A DNA stretch of 64,000 bases from an uncultured Pseudomonadota bacterium (GCA_963749075.1 CAVVLJ010000016.1:288001-352000); one strand, 5' to 3'; shown: positions 51,174 through 60,938, counted from the first letter of the stretch. A program made the numbers and translations. Notes: generated from the letters alone by a model not told the origin.

Positions 51174-52592
51174 ATGACCGCGCCCAACCGCCAGCAGGTG
51201 CTGCTCGTCGAGGACACGGCATCGCTCGCCCGCGTCTACACCGAATATCTGCGCAAGGAGCCCTACGAGCTCTCCCACGCGGAGACGGGTGCTGCGGCGC
51301 TCGAGCGCATCGCGCGCCAGCCGCCCGACGCCATCCTCCTCGACCTCGGGCTCCCCGACATGAACGGCCTCGAGATCCTGAAACACGTGAAGAGCGCGGA
51401 GCTGCCGACCTCGGTCGTCGTCATCACCGCACACGGCTCGATCGCCACCGCCGTCGAGGCCATGCGCGCGGGCGCCTACGATTTCCTCGTCAAGCCCTTC
51501 AGCGCCGACCGCCTGCTCGTCACCCTGCGCAACGCGCTCGAGCGCCAGCACCTGGCCCGCATCGTCGCGACCCTCAAGGACGACTTCGGGCGCGAGCAGT
51601 ATTTCGGCTTCATCGGCGCCTCGCTCGCCATGCAGAGCGTCTACCGCATCGTCGACAGTGCGGCGGGCAGCAAGGCCACGATCTTCATCACCGGCGAGAG
51701 CGGCACGGGCAAGGAGGTCTGCGCCCAGGCGGTGCACCAGCGGAGCCCGCGCCATGCCGCGCCCTTCGTCGCGATCAATTGCGCCGCCATCCCGCGCGAT
51801 CTCATGGAGAGCGAGATCTTCGGCCATGTGAAGGGCGCCTTCACCGGTGCCGTGGCCGAGCACGAGGGTGCCGCCGCGCGCGCGCACGAGGGCACGCTCT
51901 TCCTCGACGAGATCTGCGAGATGGACCTCGATCTGCAGACCAAGCTCCTGCGCTTCGTGCAGACCGGGAGCTTCGTCAAGGTCGGCGGCCGTACCACCGA
52001 GAAGGTCGACGTGCGCTTCATCTGCGCGAGCAACAAGGACCCGCTCAAGGAGGTCGAGGCCGGCCGCTTCCGCGAGGACCTCTATTACCGCCTCCACGTC
52101 ATCCCGGTGCATTTGCCGCCCTTGCGCGAGCGCGACGAGGACGTGATGGCCTTGGCGCGCCATTTCCTGACGCTCTTTGCGCGCGAGGAGAAGAAGCGCT
52201 TCCAGGCCCTCTCGCCCGAGGTCGAGGCGGTCTTCCGGAGCTATGCCTGGCCGGGCAACGTGCGCCAGCTGCAGAACGTGCTGCGCAACATCGTCGTGCT
52301 CAACGACGGCGAGACGGTGACGCGCGAGATGCTGCCCCCGCCGCTCGACCGTGTCGAGGCGCAGGGGCACACGACGGCGCCGGGCGCTCCGCGCGCCGCG
52401 CCACCGGCCGCCCCGGCCGACGGCGGCTCGCCGGGAAGCATCCGCCCGCTCTGGGAAGTCGAGAAGGAGACCATCGAGGAGGCCATCCGGCGCTGCCAGG
52501 GCAATATCCCCAAGGCCGCGACCCAGCTCGGCATCAGCGCCTCCACCATCTACCGCAAGCGCATGAGCTGGCAGGCGGGAGGGGATGGGTGA
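51174..52592 (+). CDS. Sigma54-dependent response regulator, LuxO-like (REC-AAA+-HTH)
   Basis: VEDTASLA, LLDL.LPDM, GESGTGKE, GHVKGAFTGA, DEICEMDLDLQTKLLRF, IRPLW..EK..IE.AI. Confidence 0.92.
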   Translation: MTAPNRQQVLLVEDTASLARVYTEYLRKEPYELSHAETGAAALERIARQPPDAILLDLGLPDMNGLEILKHVKSAELPTSVVVITAHGSIATAVEAMRAGAYDFLVKPFSADRLLVTLRNALERQHLARIVATLKDDFGREQYFGFIGASLAMQSVYRIVDSAAGSKATIFITGESGTGKEVCAQAVHQRSPRHAAPFVAINCAAIPRDLMESEIFGHVKGAFTGAVAEHEGAAARAHEGTLFLDEICEMDLDLQTKLLRFVQTGSFVKVGGRTTEKVDVRFICASNKDPLKEVEAGRFREDLYYRLHVIPVHLPPLRERDEDVMALARHFLTLFAREEKKRFQALSPEVEAVFRSYAWPGNVRQLQNVLRNIVVLNDGETVTREMLPPPLDRVEAQGHTTAPGAPRAAPPAAPADGGSPGSIRPLWEVEKETIEEAIRRCQGNIPKAATQLGISASTIYRKRMSWQAGGDG

Positions 52593-52628
52593 GAGCACGC
52601 CGGCACTTAACGTCCTTGAAGCCGGCGT

Positions 52629-52730
52629 CACCCCCTCCCCACCCTCCCCCCTCAAGGGGGAGGGGGCGGTTTGTTGCATTGACACGCCGTTTCCCTCCCC
52701 CCTTGAGGGGGAGGGTTAGGGAGGGGGGTG
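52629..52730. repeat. REP-like doublet
   Basis: CCCTCCCCC(C)TCAAGGGGGAGGG arm, spacer, then inverted arm. Confidence 0.8.
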
Positions 52731-52768
52731 CGATGCCTCGACGGTGGCAGTAACCAAGCCCCGCCCTC

Positions 52769-55700
52769 TCACCCCGCCGCCTGGAAGTGGCGCACCATGG
52801 CGTGGGCGGCGGAGGCCACGAGTGCCGGGAGGTTGCCGGCGAGCGCCACCGCCGTCTCGCCCTCGCCGTTCTTGCAGGCGAACTCGACGGCCTTGGCGCG
52901 CTCGGCGAGCGCCAGTGCTCCGAAGGTGCCGGAGCTGCTCTTGAGCGAATGGGCCTCGCGCTCGAGAGTGGCGAAGTCGCGCGCCTCCGCGGCATGGGCG
53001 ATGTGATCGACGCGCGCCACGGTTTCGAGCACGAAGGTCTTCACCAGGTCCTGGGCGACTGCGGCATCCGTATCGGCCTCGAGCTGAGCGAGCGTCGCGT
53101 CATCGAGTGCTGCCGTGTCTGCGCCGCCCTCGAGCACGGCGCCCGCCGCGACGGCTGCCGCCGCCGGAGCGAGGGCGCCCTCGAGCGCCTCGCGCAATGC
53201 CGCCGCCGTCTCGGGCCCGGGCGCCTGGAGTGCCGCCTCGAGCGCCTTCTCGAAGGGGCCTCGCGCGCTCCCGGGCGAAGCGTTTTCCGGCAAAGCGCTC
53301 TCCGGCGCCGCGGCGGCAGGCTCGCCGGACGCCCGCTGGGGGAGCCAGCGGGCCACCGTCTCGATCAGCTTGGCGCGCTCGATCGGCTTGGTCACATAGT
53401 CGTTCATGCCGGCATCAAGGCAGCGCCGGCGGTCGCTCTCGAGCGCGTGCGCCGTCATGGCGACGATCGGCACGCGTCCCTTGGGCGCCGGCATGGCGCG
53501 GATGGCGCGCGTGGCCTCGAGCCCGTCCATCTCGGGCATGGCCACGTCCATGAGGATCACGTCGTAGTCCTTGGCTTGCACGGCCGCGATCGCCTCGCGG
53601 CCGTTCTCCGCCGTGTCGACGGCGCCGACCAGCTTGGCGAGCATGGCGGTCGCCACCATCTGGTTGACCGGACTGTCCTCGACGAGGAGCAGGCGCGCGC
53701 GCGCGAGCCGGCGTGCCGCACCTTGAGGGACCGCTCGGGATGCCGCTGCCCGCGGCCGCGGCGAAATCCGCCCGCGCGCCTTCCCGGCGGCGGCGAGCTG
53801 GGCCAGGGCATCGGCGAGCGTCTCCTGGTGCACCGGCTTGTTGAGCACGGCCTCGAAGCTGCGGCCGGCAGCGGCGTCCGCCTCGCTGCGCCCGCCCAAG
53901 GGGGCGAGGAGCACGAGGCGGGTGGCGGCGAGGGCGCTTTGCCGGCGGATCGCCGCCGCGAGATCCTCGCCGCTTTGCCCGCCGAGCTGCTGGTCGATGA
54001 GTGCCAGCGCAAAGGGCTGCCGGGAGCGCGCGGCGCCGTCGAGCACGACGAGGGCGGTATCCGGGTCGCCGGTGGCGGTGACCGCGAGACCGAGGGCTGC
54101 GAGCTGGCGCTCGAGGATGCCGGCCGAGACGGGATTGTCGTCGACGACCAGCACGCGCGCCTGGGCGAGTGCCGCAAGCGGCGGGGTCGCACCCTCGGCC
54201 CGCGCCCGGCACTCGAGCTCGACCGTGAACCAGAAGGTGCTGCCACGGCCGAGCTCGCTCGTGAAGCCGATGGTGCCGCCCATGAGCTCGGTGAGCTTCT
54301 TGGAGATGGCGAGGCCAAGGCCGGTGCCGCCGTAGCGCCGGCTGTAGGAGGGGTCGACCTGGGTGAATTCGGCGAAGAGGCCGTGGCGCTGCTCCTCGGG
54401 GATGCCGATGCCGGTGTCCACGATCTCGAACTTGACGCGCGCCCGCCGCCCGGCCGCCTCGGCGAGCGAGACGAGGAGCGAGACGCCGCCCTCCTCGGTG
54501 AACTTGACCGAGTTCCCCGCGAGGTTGAGCAGGATCTGGCGCAGCCGGCCGGGATCGCCGGCGACGGCGTCGGGCACCTCGGGGGCGATGAAGGCGGCGA
54601 TCTCGACGCCCTTCTCGAGCGCGCGCGGTGCCAGGAGATCGACGACGCCCTCGACCAGGCGGCGCAGCTCGAACTCGGCATGCTCGAGATCGAGCTTGCC
54701 CGCCTCCATCTTGGAGAAATCCAGGATGTCGTCGATGATGGCGACGAGCGCCTCGCCCGACTTCCTCGCCGTCTCGGCGTAGCTCTGCTGCTCGCGCGCG
54801 AGCTTCGCATCGAGCAGCAGGTCGATCATGCCGAGCATGCCGTTCATCGGCGTGCGGATCTCGTGGCTCATGGTGGCGAGGAATTGCGATTTCGCCCGGC
54901 TCGCGAGCTCGGCCTGCTCCTTGGCGGCGACGAGCTCGACCTCACTCTCCTTCCGGAGCGTGATGTCGTGGTTCACCCAGATGATGGCGATGCGGTTGCC
55001 GCCGTCGTCGCGCAAGGGGACCACCACGGTGTCGGCCGTCCCGGCACTGCCGTCCTTGCGCCGGAAGGCGAATTCGCCCGACCAGCCGCCCTGGCGCTCG
55101 ACGGCCGCGAGCGCCGTGGCGAGGAGATCGTGGCCGTCGGGTCCCTCGAGGAGCCGCGGCGTCTGGCCGATGGCTTCGGCGGCCGGATAGCCGAACATGC
55201 GCTCGGCCGCGGGGTTCCAGTTGGTGATGCGTCCTTCGAGGTCGGTCACGATCACGCCGTCCGACATCTGTCCCCAGATGAGCGCCTCGCGCCTCAGGGC
55301 CTCCTCGCGCCGCTTCTGGTAGGTGATGTCGATGAAGGTGCCGACCTGCCAGCGGTTCTCCAGGATGGTCTCGCGCGCCTGGATCCAGCGCCCGTCCTTG
55401 ACGCGGAAGTCGTAGGGCCCGTGCGTCTGGCGGTGCTGCGCCAAGCGCTCCGCGACCCACGCCTCCTCGCGCCCGAGCGCCTCCGGGAAGGCGCCGCGGA
55501 AGGCGGCACCCCGCATGATCGTCTCGAAGTGCTGGCCGGGCTCGGGGCCATGGCCGGCCTCGCCGTAGATCTCGCGGAAGCGGGTATTGCACTGGACCAG
55601 CCGGTCCTGCGGGTCGAAGACCGCGAAGCCCTCGTCGAGGGACTCGACGGCCTCGGCTAGCAGCGTGCGCGCCCGCATGGCCTCGATCTCCGCCTCGACC

Positions 55701-56713
55701 TGGACCGTGAGGTCCGTGCCGGTGCCGCGATAGCCGAGGAAGGCGCCCTCGGGGTCGAAGAAGGGCACGCCGCTCACCTTGATGTGGCGGACGGCACCCT
55801 GGGCAGCCATGCGGTATTTGAAGTCGCGGAACGGCTCGTGGTGCGCCATCACCTCGGTCTGGCGCTGCCAGGCCGCCTCGTCGCCCGCGACGAGGGCGAT
55901 CTCCTCGTGCGTCTTGCCCAGGATGGCGAGCGCGTCGAGCCCCACCTTCTCGAGATAGCCCTTGGAGAAATAGGTGAAGCGGCCGCGCTCGTCCGTTTCC
56001 CACAGCCAGTCGGAGGAGGAGGAGGCGTAGTCGCGGAAGCGCTGCTCGCTGTCGCGCAGGCGCTCCTCGGTCAGCTCGCGCTCCGTCAAGAGCCGGTTGG
56101 CGCGGCCCATGCCGCGGAAGAGGAGGAGCAGGAGGAGCGTTCCCGCCACCGCCACCCCGGCGAAATAGATGACGAGGCGCAGGTAGGCCTCGCGCAGGCG
56201 CTGGCGCTGGCTCTCCACCAGCTGGTCGGCCTGCTGCAGGGTATTCACGGTGAGCGTGTTGAGCGGCCCGCTGAACAGGCGCAGGCCGTCGATGACGACC
56301 GCCGCCGCCGCGCGGTCGCCCTTCTTGAGGCCGGCGATCTCGGCGCCGATGGCATTGAGCCGCGCCACGAGATCGGTGACGATGCCCTCGGCGCCCTCGA
56401 TCTCGCGCAGCTTCGCCGCGTTGCCGCCCTCGTTCAGGCGCTTCAAGCGTCCGGCGAGCACGTCGAAGCGCAGCTGCAGCTCGTCGTGGTTGGTGGCCGA
56501 GTCGGGGATGGCGTACTCGCGCAGCGTATCGAGCAGGCGGAAGAGGTCGACCTCGGCCTCGGTCGGCGTCCACACCACGTTCTCCTCGGCCGTGCTGGAG
56601 ATCTGCTCTTCCTCGTTCAGTATCTTGTCGAAGCTGAAGAAGATGCTGGCCGAGAAGAGCGCGAGCGCCACGCTGAGGATGCCGTAGCCGCGAAAGCGCG
56701 TGAGAAGGCTCAT
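52769..56713 (-). CDS. Hybrid sensor histidine kinase (TM sensor-PAS x3-HisKA-HATPase-REC x2-Hpt)
   Basis: FLATMSHEIRTPM, NSVKFT, GGTGLGL, DVAMPEMDG, Hpt AHSLKSSS. Confidence 0.95.
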   Translation of the reverse strand: MSLLTRFRGYGILSVALALFSASIFFSFDKILNEEEQISSTAEENVVWTPTEAEVDLFRLLDTLREYAIPDSATNHDELQLRFDVLAGRLKRLNEGGNAAKLREIEGAEGIVTDLVARLNAIGAEIAGLKKGDRAAAAVVIDGLRLFSGPLNTLTVNTLQQADQLVESQRQRLREAYLRLVIYFAGVAVAGTLLLLLLFRGMGRANRLLTERELTEERLRDSEQRFRDYASSSSDWLWETDERGRFTYFSKGYLEKVGLDALAILGKTHEEIALVAGDEAAWQRQTEVMAHHEPFRDFKYRMAAQGAVRHIKVSGVPFFDPEGAFLGYRGTGTDLTVQVEAEIEAMRARTLLAEAVESLDEGFAVFDPQDRLVQCNTRFREIYGEAGHGPEPGQHFETIMRGAAFRGAFPEALGREEAWVAERLAQHRQTHGPYDFRVKDGRWIQARETILENRWQVGTFIDITYQKRREEALRREALIWGQMSDGVIVTDLEGRITNWNPAAERMFGYPAAEAIGQTPRLLEGPDGHDLLATALAAVERQGGWSGEFAFRRKDGSAGTADTVVVPLRDDGGNRIAIIWVNHDITLRKESEVELVAAKEQAELASRAKSQFLATMSHEIRTPMNGMLGMIDLLLDAKLAREQQSYAETARKSGEALVAIIDDILDFSKMEAGKLDLEHAEFELRRLVEGVVDLLAPRALEKGVEIAAFIAPEVPDAVAGDPGRLRQILLNLAGNSVKFTEEGGVSLLVSLAEAAGRRARVKFEIVDTGIGIPEEQRHGLFAEFTQVDPSYSRRYGGTGLGLAISKKLTELMGGTIGFTSELGRGSTFWFTVELECRARAEGATPPLAALAQARVLVVDDNPVSAGILERQLAALGLAVTATGDPDTALVVLDGAARSRQPFALALIDQQLGGQSGEDLAAAIRRQSALAATRLVLLAPLGGRSEADAAAGRSFEAVLNKPVHQETLADALAQLAAAGKARGRISPRPRAAASRAVPQGAARRLARARLLLVEDSPVNQMVATAMLAKLVGAVDTAENGREAIAAVQAKDYDVILMDVAMPEMDGLEATRAIRAMPAPKGRVPIVAMTAHALESDRRRCLDAGMNDYVTKPIERAKLIETVARWLPQRASGEPAAAAPESALPENASPGSARGPFEKALEAALQAPGPETAAALREALEGALAPAAAAVAAGAVLEGGADTAALDDATLAQLEADTDAAVAQDLVKTFVLETVARVDHIAHAAEARDFATLEREAHSLKSSSGTFGALALAERAKAVEFACKNGEGETAVALAGNLPALVASAAHAMVRHFQAAG

Positions 56714-56786
56714 GGTCCTCCACATATACCATGCCCGGCATGGCGTTCACGAGAGCAAGTTCCCACGCGATTGGGCGCGGGGCACG

Positions 56787-56884
56787 CCCCCCTCCCTACC
56801 CTCCCCCTCAAGGGGGGAGGGGAAGAGTGGCGGGTAAAACAAATACCCCCTCCCCCTTGAAGGGGGAGGGTTGGGGTGGGGGTG
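56787..56884. repeat. REP-like doublet, inverted relative to 52629-52730
   Basis: Aligns by eye with the reverse complement of the 52629 element. Confidence 0.8.
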
Positions 56885-56909
56885 ACGCTCGAATTCGCGT
56901 GAGCTGGCA

Positions 56910-57641
56910 CTACCGCACCGCGACCGGGCTGCCGACGGCGATGCCGAGCGTGCGGTCGGCGCGGCCGCAATTGACCGCGACCTCGGCAAGGCCGTTGGCG
57001 TTCTCGTACCACAAGGGGGCACCGGACGGCACGTCGGCAAAGGTGCGCGCGCGCGGGATGCGCCGTCCGGCGATCTCGAGGGCGGCATCCGCGGGGAGTG
57101 CTGCCGCGCGCATGCCGGTCATGGCATTGCCGAAATGGTCGCAATAGACGATGCGGGGAAGCTCGTCCGGCCAATCGGGCCGGCGCAGTTCGGCGACGGC
57201 GAGGGGTGCTGCCCAGGGTTCCGGCTGCTCGCCCCTGGCGAGGCGCGCCGCAACGGGCGCAAAGAGGTCGCGGCCATGGAAGCTCGCCGAGAGCCGCTGC
57301 GGCCGCCAGGTCACCTCCCAGGCGCGCGCCTCCCGGGCGCGGCGGAGGAGGGGCTCGAAAAGGCCGTTCTCCGGACCGGTGAACCAGCGGCCGTCGATCT
57401 CGGCGACCGCCGCGCGCCGCGCGCTGCCGACGCCGGGGTCGACGACGGCGAGGAAGACGCTGCCGGGCGGGAACTCTCCCGCCAGGGCCGCGAGCAGATA
57501 AGCGGACGACATGGGATCATGGGCCGGCGCATCGGCCAGGAGATCGATGACCGCCGCGCCCGGTGCCGCACTTTCGAGCACCGCCCTGAGCTGCCCGAGA
57601 TAGGGCCCGGCGGGGCCGAAATCGGTGAAGAGCACGATCAT
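56910..57641 (-). CDS. DUF62 SAM hydroxide adenosyltransferase / chlorinase-fluorinase family
   Basis: FTDFG, VVDPGVG, SFHGRDLFAP, DHFGN, EVAVN.G. Confidence 0.92.
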   Translation of the reverse strand: MIVLFTDFGPAGPYLGQLRAVLESAAPGAAVIDLLADAPAHDPMSSAYLLAALAGEFPPGSVFLAVVDPGVGSARRAAVAEIDGRWFTGPENGLFEPLLRRAREARAWEVTWRPQRLSASFHGRDLFAPVAARLARGEQPEPWAAPLAVAELRRPDWPDELPRIVYCDHFGNAMTGMRAAALPADAALEIAGRRIPRARTFADVPSGAPLWYENANGLAEVAVNCGRADRTLGIAVGSPVAVR

Positions 57642-57735
57642 CGCGCGAGTATGGGGAGGGCCCTAGCGCGGCGCAAGGCAGCGCTAGCCCATCGAAGGAA
57701 GCGCACCGCCGGGGATTTCCGGGTAGGATGGCGCC

Positions 57736-58530
57736 ATGCGCAGAGCGGAGTCTTCGAGTCGCATCGAGCCGAAGCTGCGCGGGCCCGAGCCGGTGGTCGG
57801 CGCCGGTGCCCCGCCGGTCGAGCTGCGCCAGCTGCCGCGCGCGGCACTCTCCGAGATGGCGGCGGCGGGGCGCGAGGCGATCGAGTGCCAGCGCGTGCTG
57901 GCGAAGAGCGGCGACAACGTGGTCGCCCGCCTCCTCGAGGGCCAGGGCACCTTTTACGAGTGGAACCACTACCCGACCGGCAACGTCTACGACTACGAGT
58001 CGGGCGCCCAGTACTACTACCACGCCCACCCCAAGGGGGAGCGCCCGGGCGAGCACGGCCATTTCCACGCCTTCCTCAGGCAGAAGGGCATGCCGCCCGG
58101 CGTCAGGCCCGCGGTCCTCCCAGGCGGCACTGCCGGCGCCGAGGGCGGCGACGCGCTCACGCACCTGATCGCCGTCGCGATGAGCGACAAGGGCGAGGCC
58201 ATCCAACTCTTCACCACCAACCGCTGGGTCACGGGCGAGACCTGGTACGCGGCTGCCGACGTGAGCGCCATGCTCGAGCGCTTCGTCATCGACCTGGCGC
58301 GCCCGTCGTGGACCGTCAACCGCTGGATCACGGCGGTGGTGCGCCTGTTCCGGCCGCAGATCGCAGCCCTCCTCGTCGAGCGCGACCGCGTCGTGGCCGC
58401 CTGGCAGCGCCGCAACCCCGAGGGCCAGGCCTTCGAGGACCGCCGCCTCGAGGTCGCCTCGAAGGCGGACATCTCGATCGCGGAGCAGACGGGCCGCGTG
58501 CTCGCGGCGCTCAAGCGCGCGCCGCGCTGA
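57736..58530 (+). CDS. DUF6969-like His-rich conserved protein
   Basis: QYYYHAH, EHGHFH.F, THLIAV.M, LFTTNRWVTGETW. Confidence 0.7.
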   Translation: MRRAESSSRIEPKLRGPEPVVGAGAPPVELRQLPRAALSEMAAAGREAIECQRVLAKSGDNVVARLLEGQGTFYEWNHYPTGNVYDYESGAQYYYHAHPKGERPGEHGHFHAFLRQKGMPPGVRPAVLPGGTAGAEGGDALTHLIAVAMSDKGEAIQLFTTNRWVTGETWYAAADVSAMLERFVIDLARPSWTVNRWITAVVRLFRPQIAALLVERDRVVAAWQRRNPEGQAFEDRRLEVASKADISIAEQTGRVLAALKRAPR

Positions 58531-58551
58531 GCGCAGCCCTGCCGGAGGCGG

Positions 58552-58935
58552 CTATTTCGCCGCCTCGTGCAAGTAGGCGATGACGTCCTGGCGGTCCTGC
58601 GCGTCGGGGACGCGGAAGGCCATGCGCGCGCCCGGGCTGAACTTCTGCGGGTTGGTGAGGTATTCCTCGAGCCTGGCGTCGTCCCACTTTTCGGTCGAGC
58701 CCTTGAGCCCCTCCGAGTAGTTGTTGTAGCCGGGCCCCTTGCCGGTGCCGCGCTCGAAGAGGCCGTGCAGGTTCGGCCCGACCCTGTTGGGCTCCCCCGC
58801 GTTGATGGTATGGCAGATGGTGCAGCGTTTGAAGACCTGAGCGCCCTTGGCGGCATCGCCGGCGGCCTCGGCCGTGCCGGCGGCGAGCAGGCATGCGGCG
58901 GCGAGGGCAATGGGTAGTGCCTTGATATTCGTCAT
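58552..58935 (-). CDS. Cytochrome c2 (class I cytochrome c)
   Basis: Signal peptide, GDAAKG, CTICH, GPNLHG, distal Met in PGARM. Confidence 0.93.
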   Translation of the reverse strand: MTNIKALPIALAAACLLAAGTAEAAGDAAKGAQVFKRCTICHTINAGEPNRVGPNLHGLFERGTGKGPGYNNYSEGLKGSTEKWDDARLEEYLTNPQKFSPGARMAFRVPDAQDRQDVIAYLHEAAK

Positions 58936-59003
58936 GGAACAGCCCCTGGGATCGAGTCCGTGAGCGAGCGTATGCAAGCAATCTGCGCCGCATCCGAGCG
59001 GCA

Positions 59004-59039
59004 GGCAAGCTCGTGCGGCAAGCTCGTGCGGCAAGATGC
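59004..59039. repeat. 13-bp tandem repeat in the divergent promoter region
   Basis: GGCAAGCTCGTGC twice plus partial GGCAAGATGC. Confidence 0.7.
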
Positions 59040-59225
59040 GCCACTCTTGCGCAGTCCCGCCGGCCATGCCAGAGTTTTCCGGGGATTCCCGGATATTTGC
59101 CATGAGCCAGCGACGGACTGAGGACGCCGCACGTCACGAGCGGCCGCGGAAGCGGCGATGAACACGGCGCAGGCCCTGCCGGCGGCGGCCCGCGAGGCCG
59201 AGGCGATGCTCGAGAGAGAGGCCGT

Positions 59226-59642
59226 ATGAGGCGCTCGCTGCAAACGCGCCAGGTGAACTTCGCCGACTGCGACCCCGCGCGCATCGTCTTCTACCCGCGC
59301 TATTTCGAGTGGTTCGACCGCGCGACCGAGACGTTGTTCCGCTCGGTCGGCCTGGAGTGGGCGGCGATCTTCGCGGCGGGTGAGTGGAACGGCGTGCCGC
59401 TCCTCGACGCGCACGCGAGCTTCAAGCAGCCCTGCCGCTTCGGCGACACCATCGAGATCGCGAGCTGGATCGAGGAGTGGCGCGGCAAGACCTTCCTCGT
59501 GCGCCACGAGATCCGCAACGGCGGCGCCATCGCGGTCGAGGGCCGCGAGCTGCGCGCCTGGACCGTCGTCGACAAGTCGCGGCCCACGGGCCTGCGCGCC
59601 GAGCCGGTGCCGGCCGACGTCATCGCGCGCTTCCAGGCTTAA
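59226..59642 (+). CDS. Acyl-CoA thioesterase (4HBT family)
   Basis: FADCDPARIVFYPRYFEWF. Confidence 0.88.
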   Translation: MRRSLQTRQVNFADCDPARIVFYPRYFEWFDRATETLFRSVGLEWAAIFAAGEWNGVPLLDAHASFKQPCRFGDTIEIASWIEEWRGKTFLVRHEIRNGGAIAVEGRELRAWTVVDKSRPTGLRAEPVPADVIARFQA

Positions 59643-59669
59643 GCTGCGGAGCGGGGAGAGAGCGCCGCC

Positions 59670-60074
59670 ATGCCGAAAGAGATCGTGACCGCGCGGAAGG
59701 CACCCACCACGGGCTTCACCGACAAGGCGAAGGCGCCGCCCATCGTGCAGGCCGTGCGCTTCGGCAACATGCTCTTCGTCTCGGGCCAGGGGCCGCTCGA
59801 CCCCGCGACGCGCGAGGCGGTGGCGGGCGACATCGAGGCGCAGACGCGCCAGACCCTCGGCAACCTCAAGGCCGTGCTCGCCGAGGCAGGTGCGAGCTTC
59901 GCCAACGTGGTCAATATGCGCGTCGTCCTGCGCGATGTGGCGGACTTCCCGCGCTTCAACGAGGTGTTCCGCGAGATGCTCGCCGGCGAGAAGGTGACGC
60001 GCACCTGCGTCGGCGGCACGCCGCACCGGAAGGGCGTCAACGTCGAGATCGACTGCATCGCCATGTTCGATTAG
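59670..60074 (+). CDS. RidA/YjgF family imine/enamine deaminase
   Basis: QAVR, FVSGQ, QTRQTLGNL, RTCV, VEIDCIA. Confidence 0.9.
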   Translation: MPKEIVTARKAPTTGFTDKAKAPPIVQAVRFGNMLFVSGQGPLDPATREAVAGDIEAQTRQTLGNLKAVLAEAGASFANVVNMRVVLRDVADFPRFNEVFREMLAGEKVTRTCVGGTPHRKGVNVEIDCIAMFD

Positions 60075-60105
60075 TAATGGACGCCAGAGGGCAAGGAGAA
60101 CGGCC

Positions 60106-60927
60106 ATGAGCGGAGAGGTCATTCGCGCCGGCGTCATCCCGCACACCCCGCGCATGGGGATCGAGGACAAGGCACCGCCCTTCGTCAAGGAGCTCATCAA
60201 GGGCTCCTATGCCATGGGCGAGGCGCTGCGCGGCGCCAAGCCCGACGTCATCGTCATCAACTCGGCCCACTGGGTGTGCACCTTCAACTGGTACGTGACC
60301 TGCCAGGCGGTGCACGAGGGGCGCTGCGTGGCCGACGAGGCGCCCGACCTCATCCCCGGCGTGCCCTACCGCTTCAAGGGCGATCCCCAATACGGGCACG
60401 CGCTCGTGGACGAGATCAGGGCGCTCGGCTATCCGTGCAACCCCAACGAGAGCCCGCACTTCAAGTGGGACTACGGCTCGTGGGTGCCGGCCCATTACCT
60501 CGACCCCGAGGGCGAGGTGCCGGTCGTGCTCGTAGGCACGGTGGTCTCCGCCGACCTCGCGGAGGCGATGGACGTGGGACGTGCTGTCCAGCGCGCGGCG
60601 GAGAAAACGGGACGCAAGGCGGCCTTCTTAGCTAGCTGCAGCTTCACCCACAAGCTCGTGCGCGGACCCGAGCAATGGCCGAGCGAGGAGCGCCAGGCGC
60701 TCGACCGCAAGTTCATCGACATGCTGTCCGCGGGCCGCGTGGGCGAGGCCAAGGCCTGGTACCCCGAATACGCCCACGCCGCGGTGTGCGAGATGGGCGG
60801 GCGCAACATCGCGACCATGCTCGGCTGCCTCGACGAGAGCCGGCACTACAAGGGCCGCGTCTTCGGCCCCTACGGCCAGTCCTCGGGCAGCGGCAACGCC
60901 AACTTCCTCATGGAGCCGGCCAGCTGA
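60106..60927 (+). CDS. LigB/HpaD-type extradiol ring-cleavage dioxygenase
   Basis: PHTP, SAHW, DYGSWVP, ASCSFTH, VCE, SSGSGN. Confidence 0.8.
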   Translation: MSGEVIRAGVIPHTPRMGIEDKAPPFVKELIKGSYAMGEALRGAKPDVIVINSAHWVCTFNWYVTCQAVHEGRCVADEAPDLIPGVPYRFKGDPQYGHALVDEIRALGYPCNPNESPHFKWDYGSWVPAHYLDPEGEVPVVLVGTVVSADLAEAMDVGRAVQRAAEKTGRKAAFLASCSFTHKLVRGPEQWPSEERQALDRKFIDMLSAGRVGEAKAWYPEYAHAAVCEMGGRNIATMLGCLDESRHYKGRVFGPYGQSSGSGNANFLMEPAS

Positions 60928-60938
60928 GCGCCGCCGAT

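Noticed and set aside
52787-55660. 957-aa ORF antisense to the kinase (and similar ORFs at 47998-50406, 28111-30045, 30045-31814, 31733-33442)
   Set aside because: Typical stop-free antisense or alternative frames in high-GC DNA, with no recognisable motifs
56910-57641. Fluorinase/chlorinase halogenation function
   Set aside because: It retains the FHGRD motif typical of the widespread SAM hydrolases and there is no biosynthetic cluster around it
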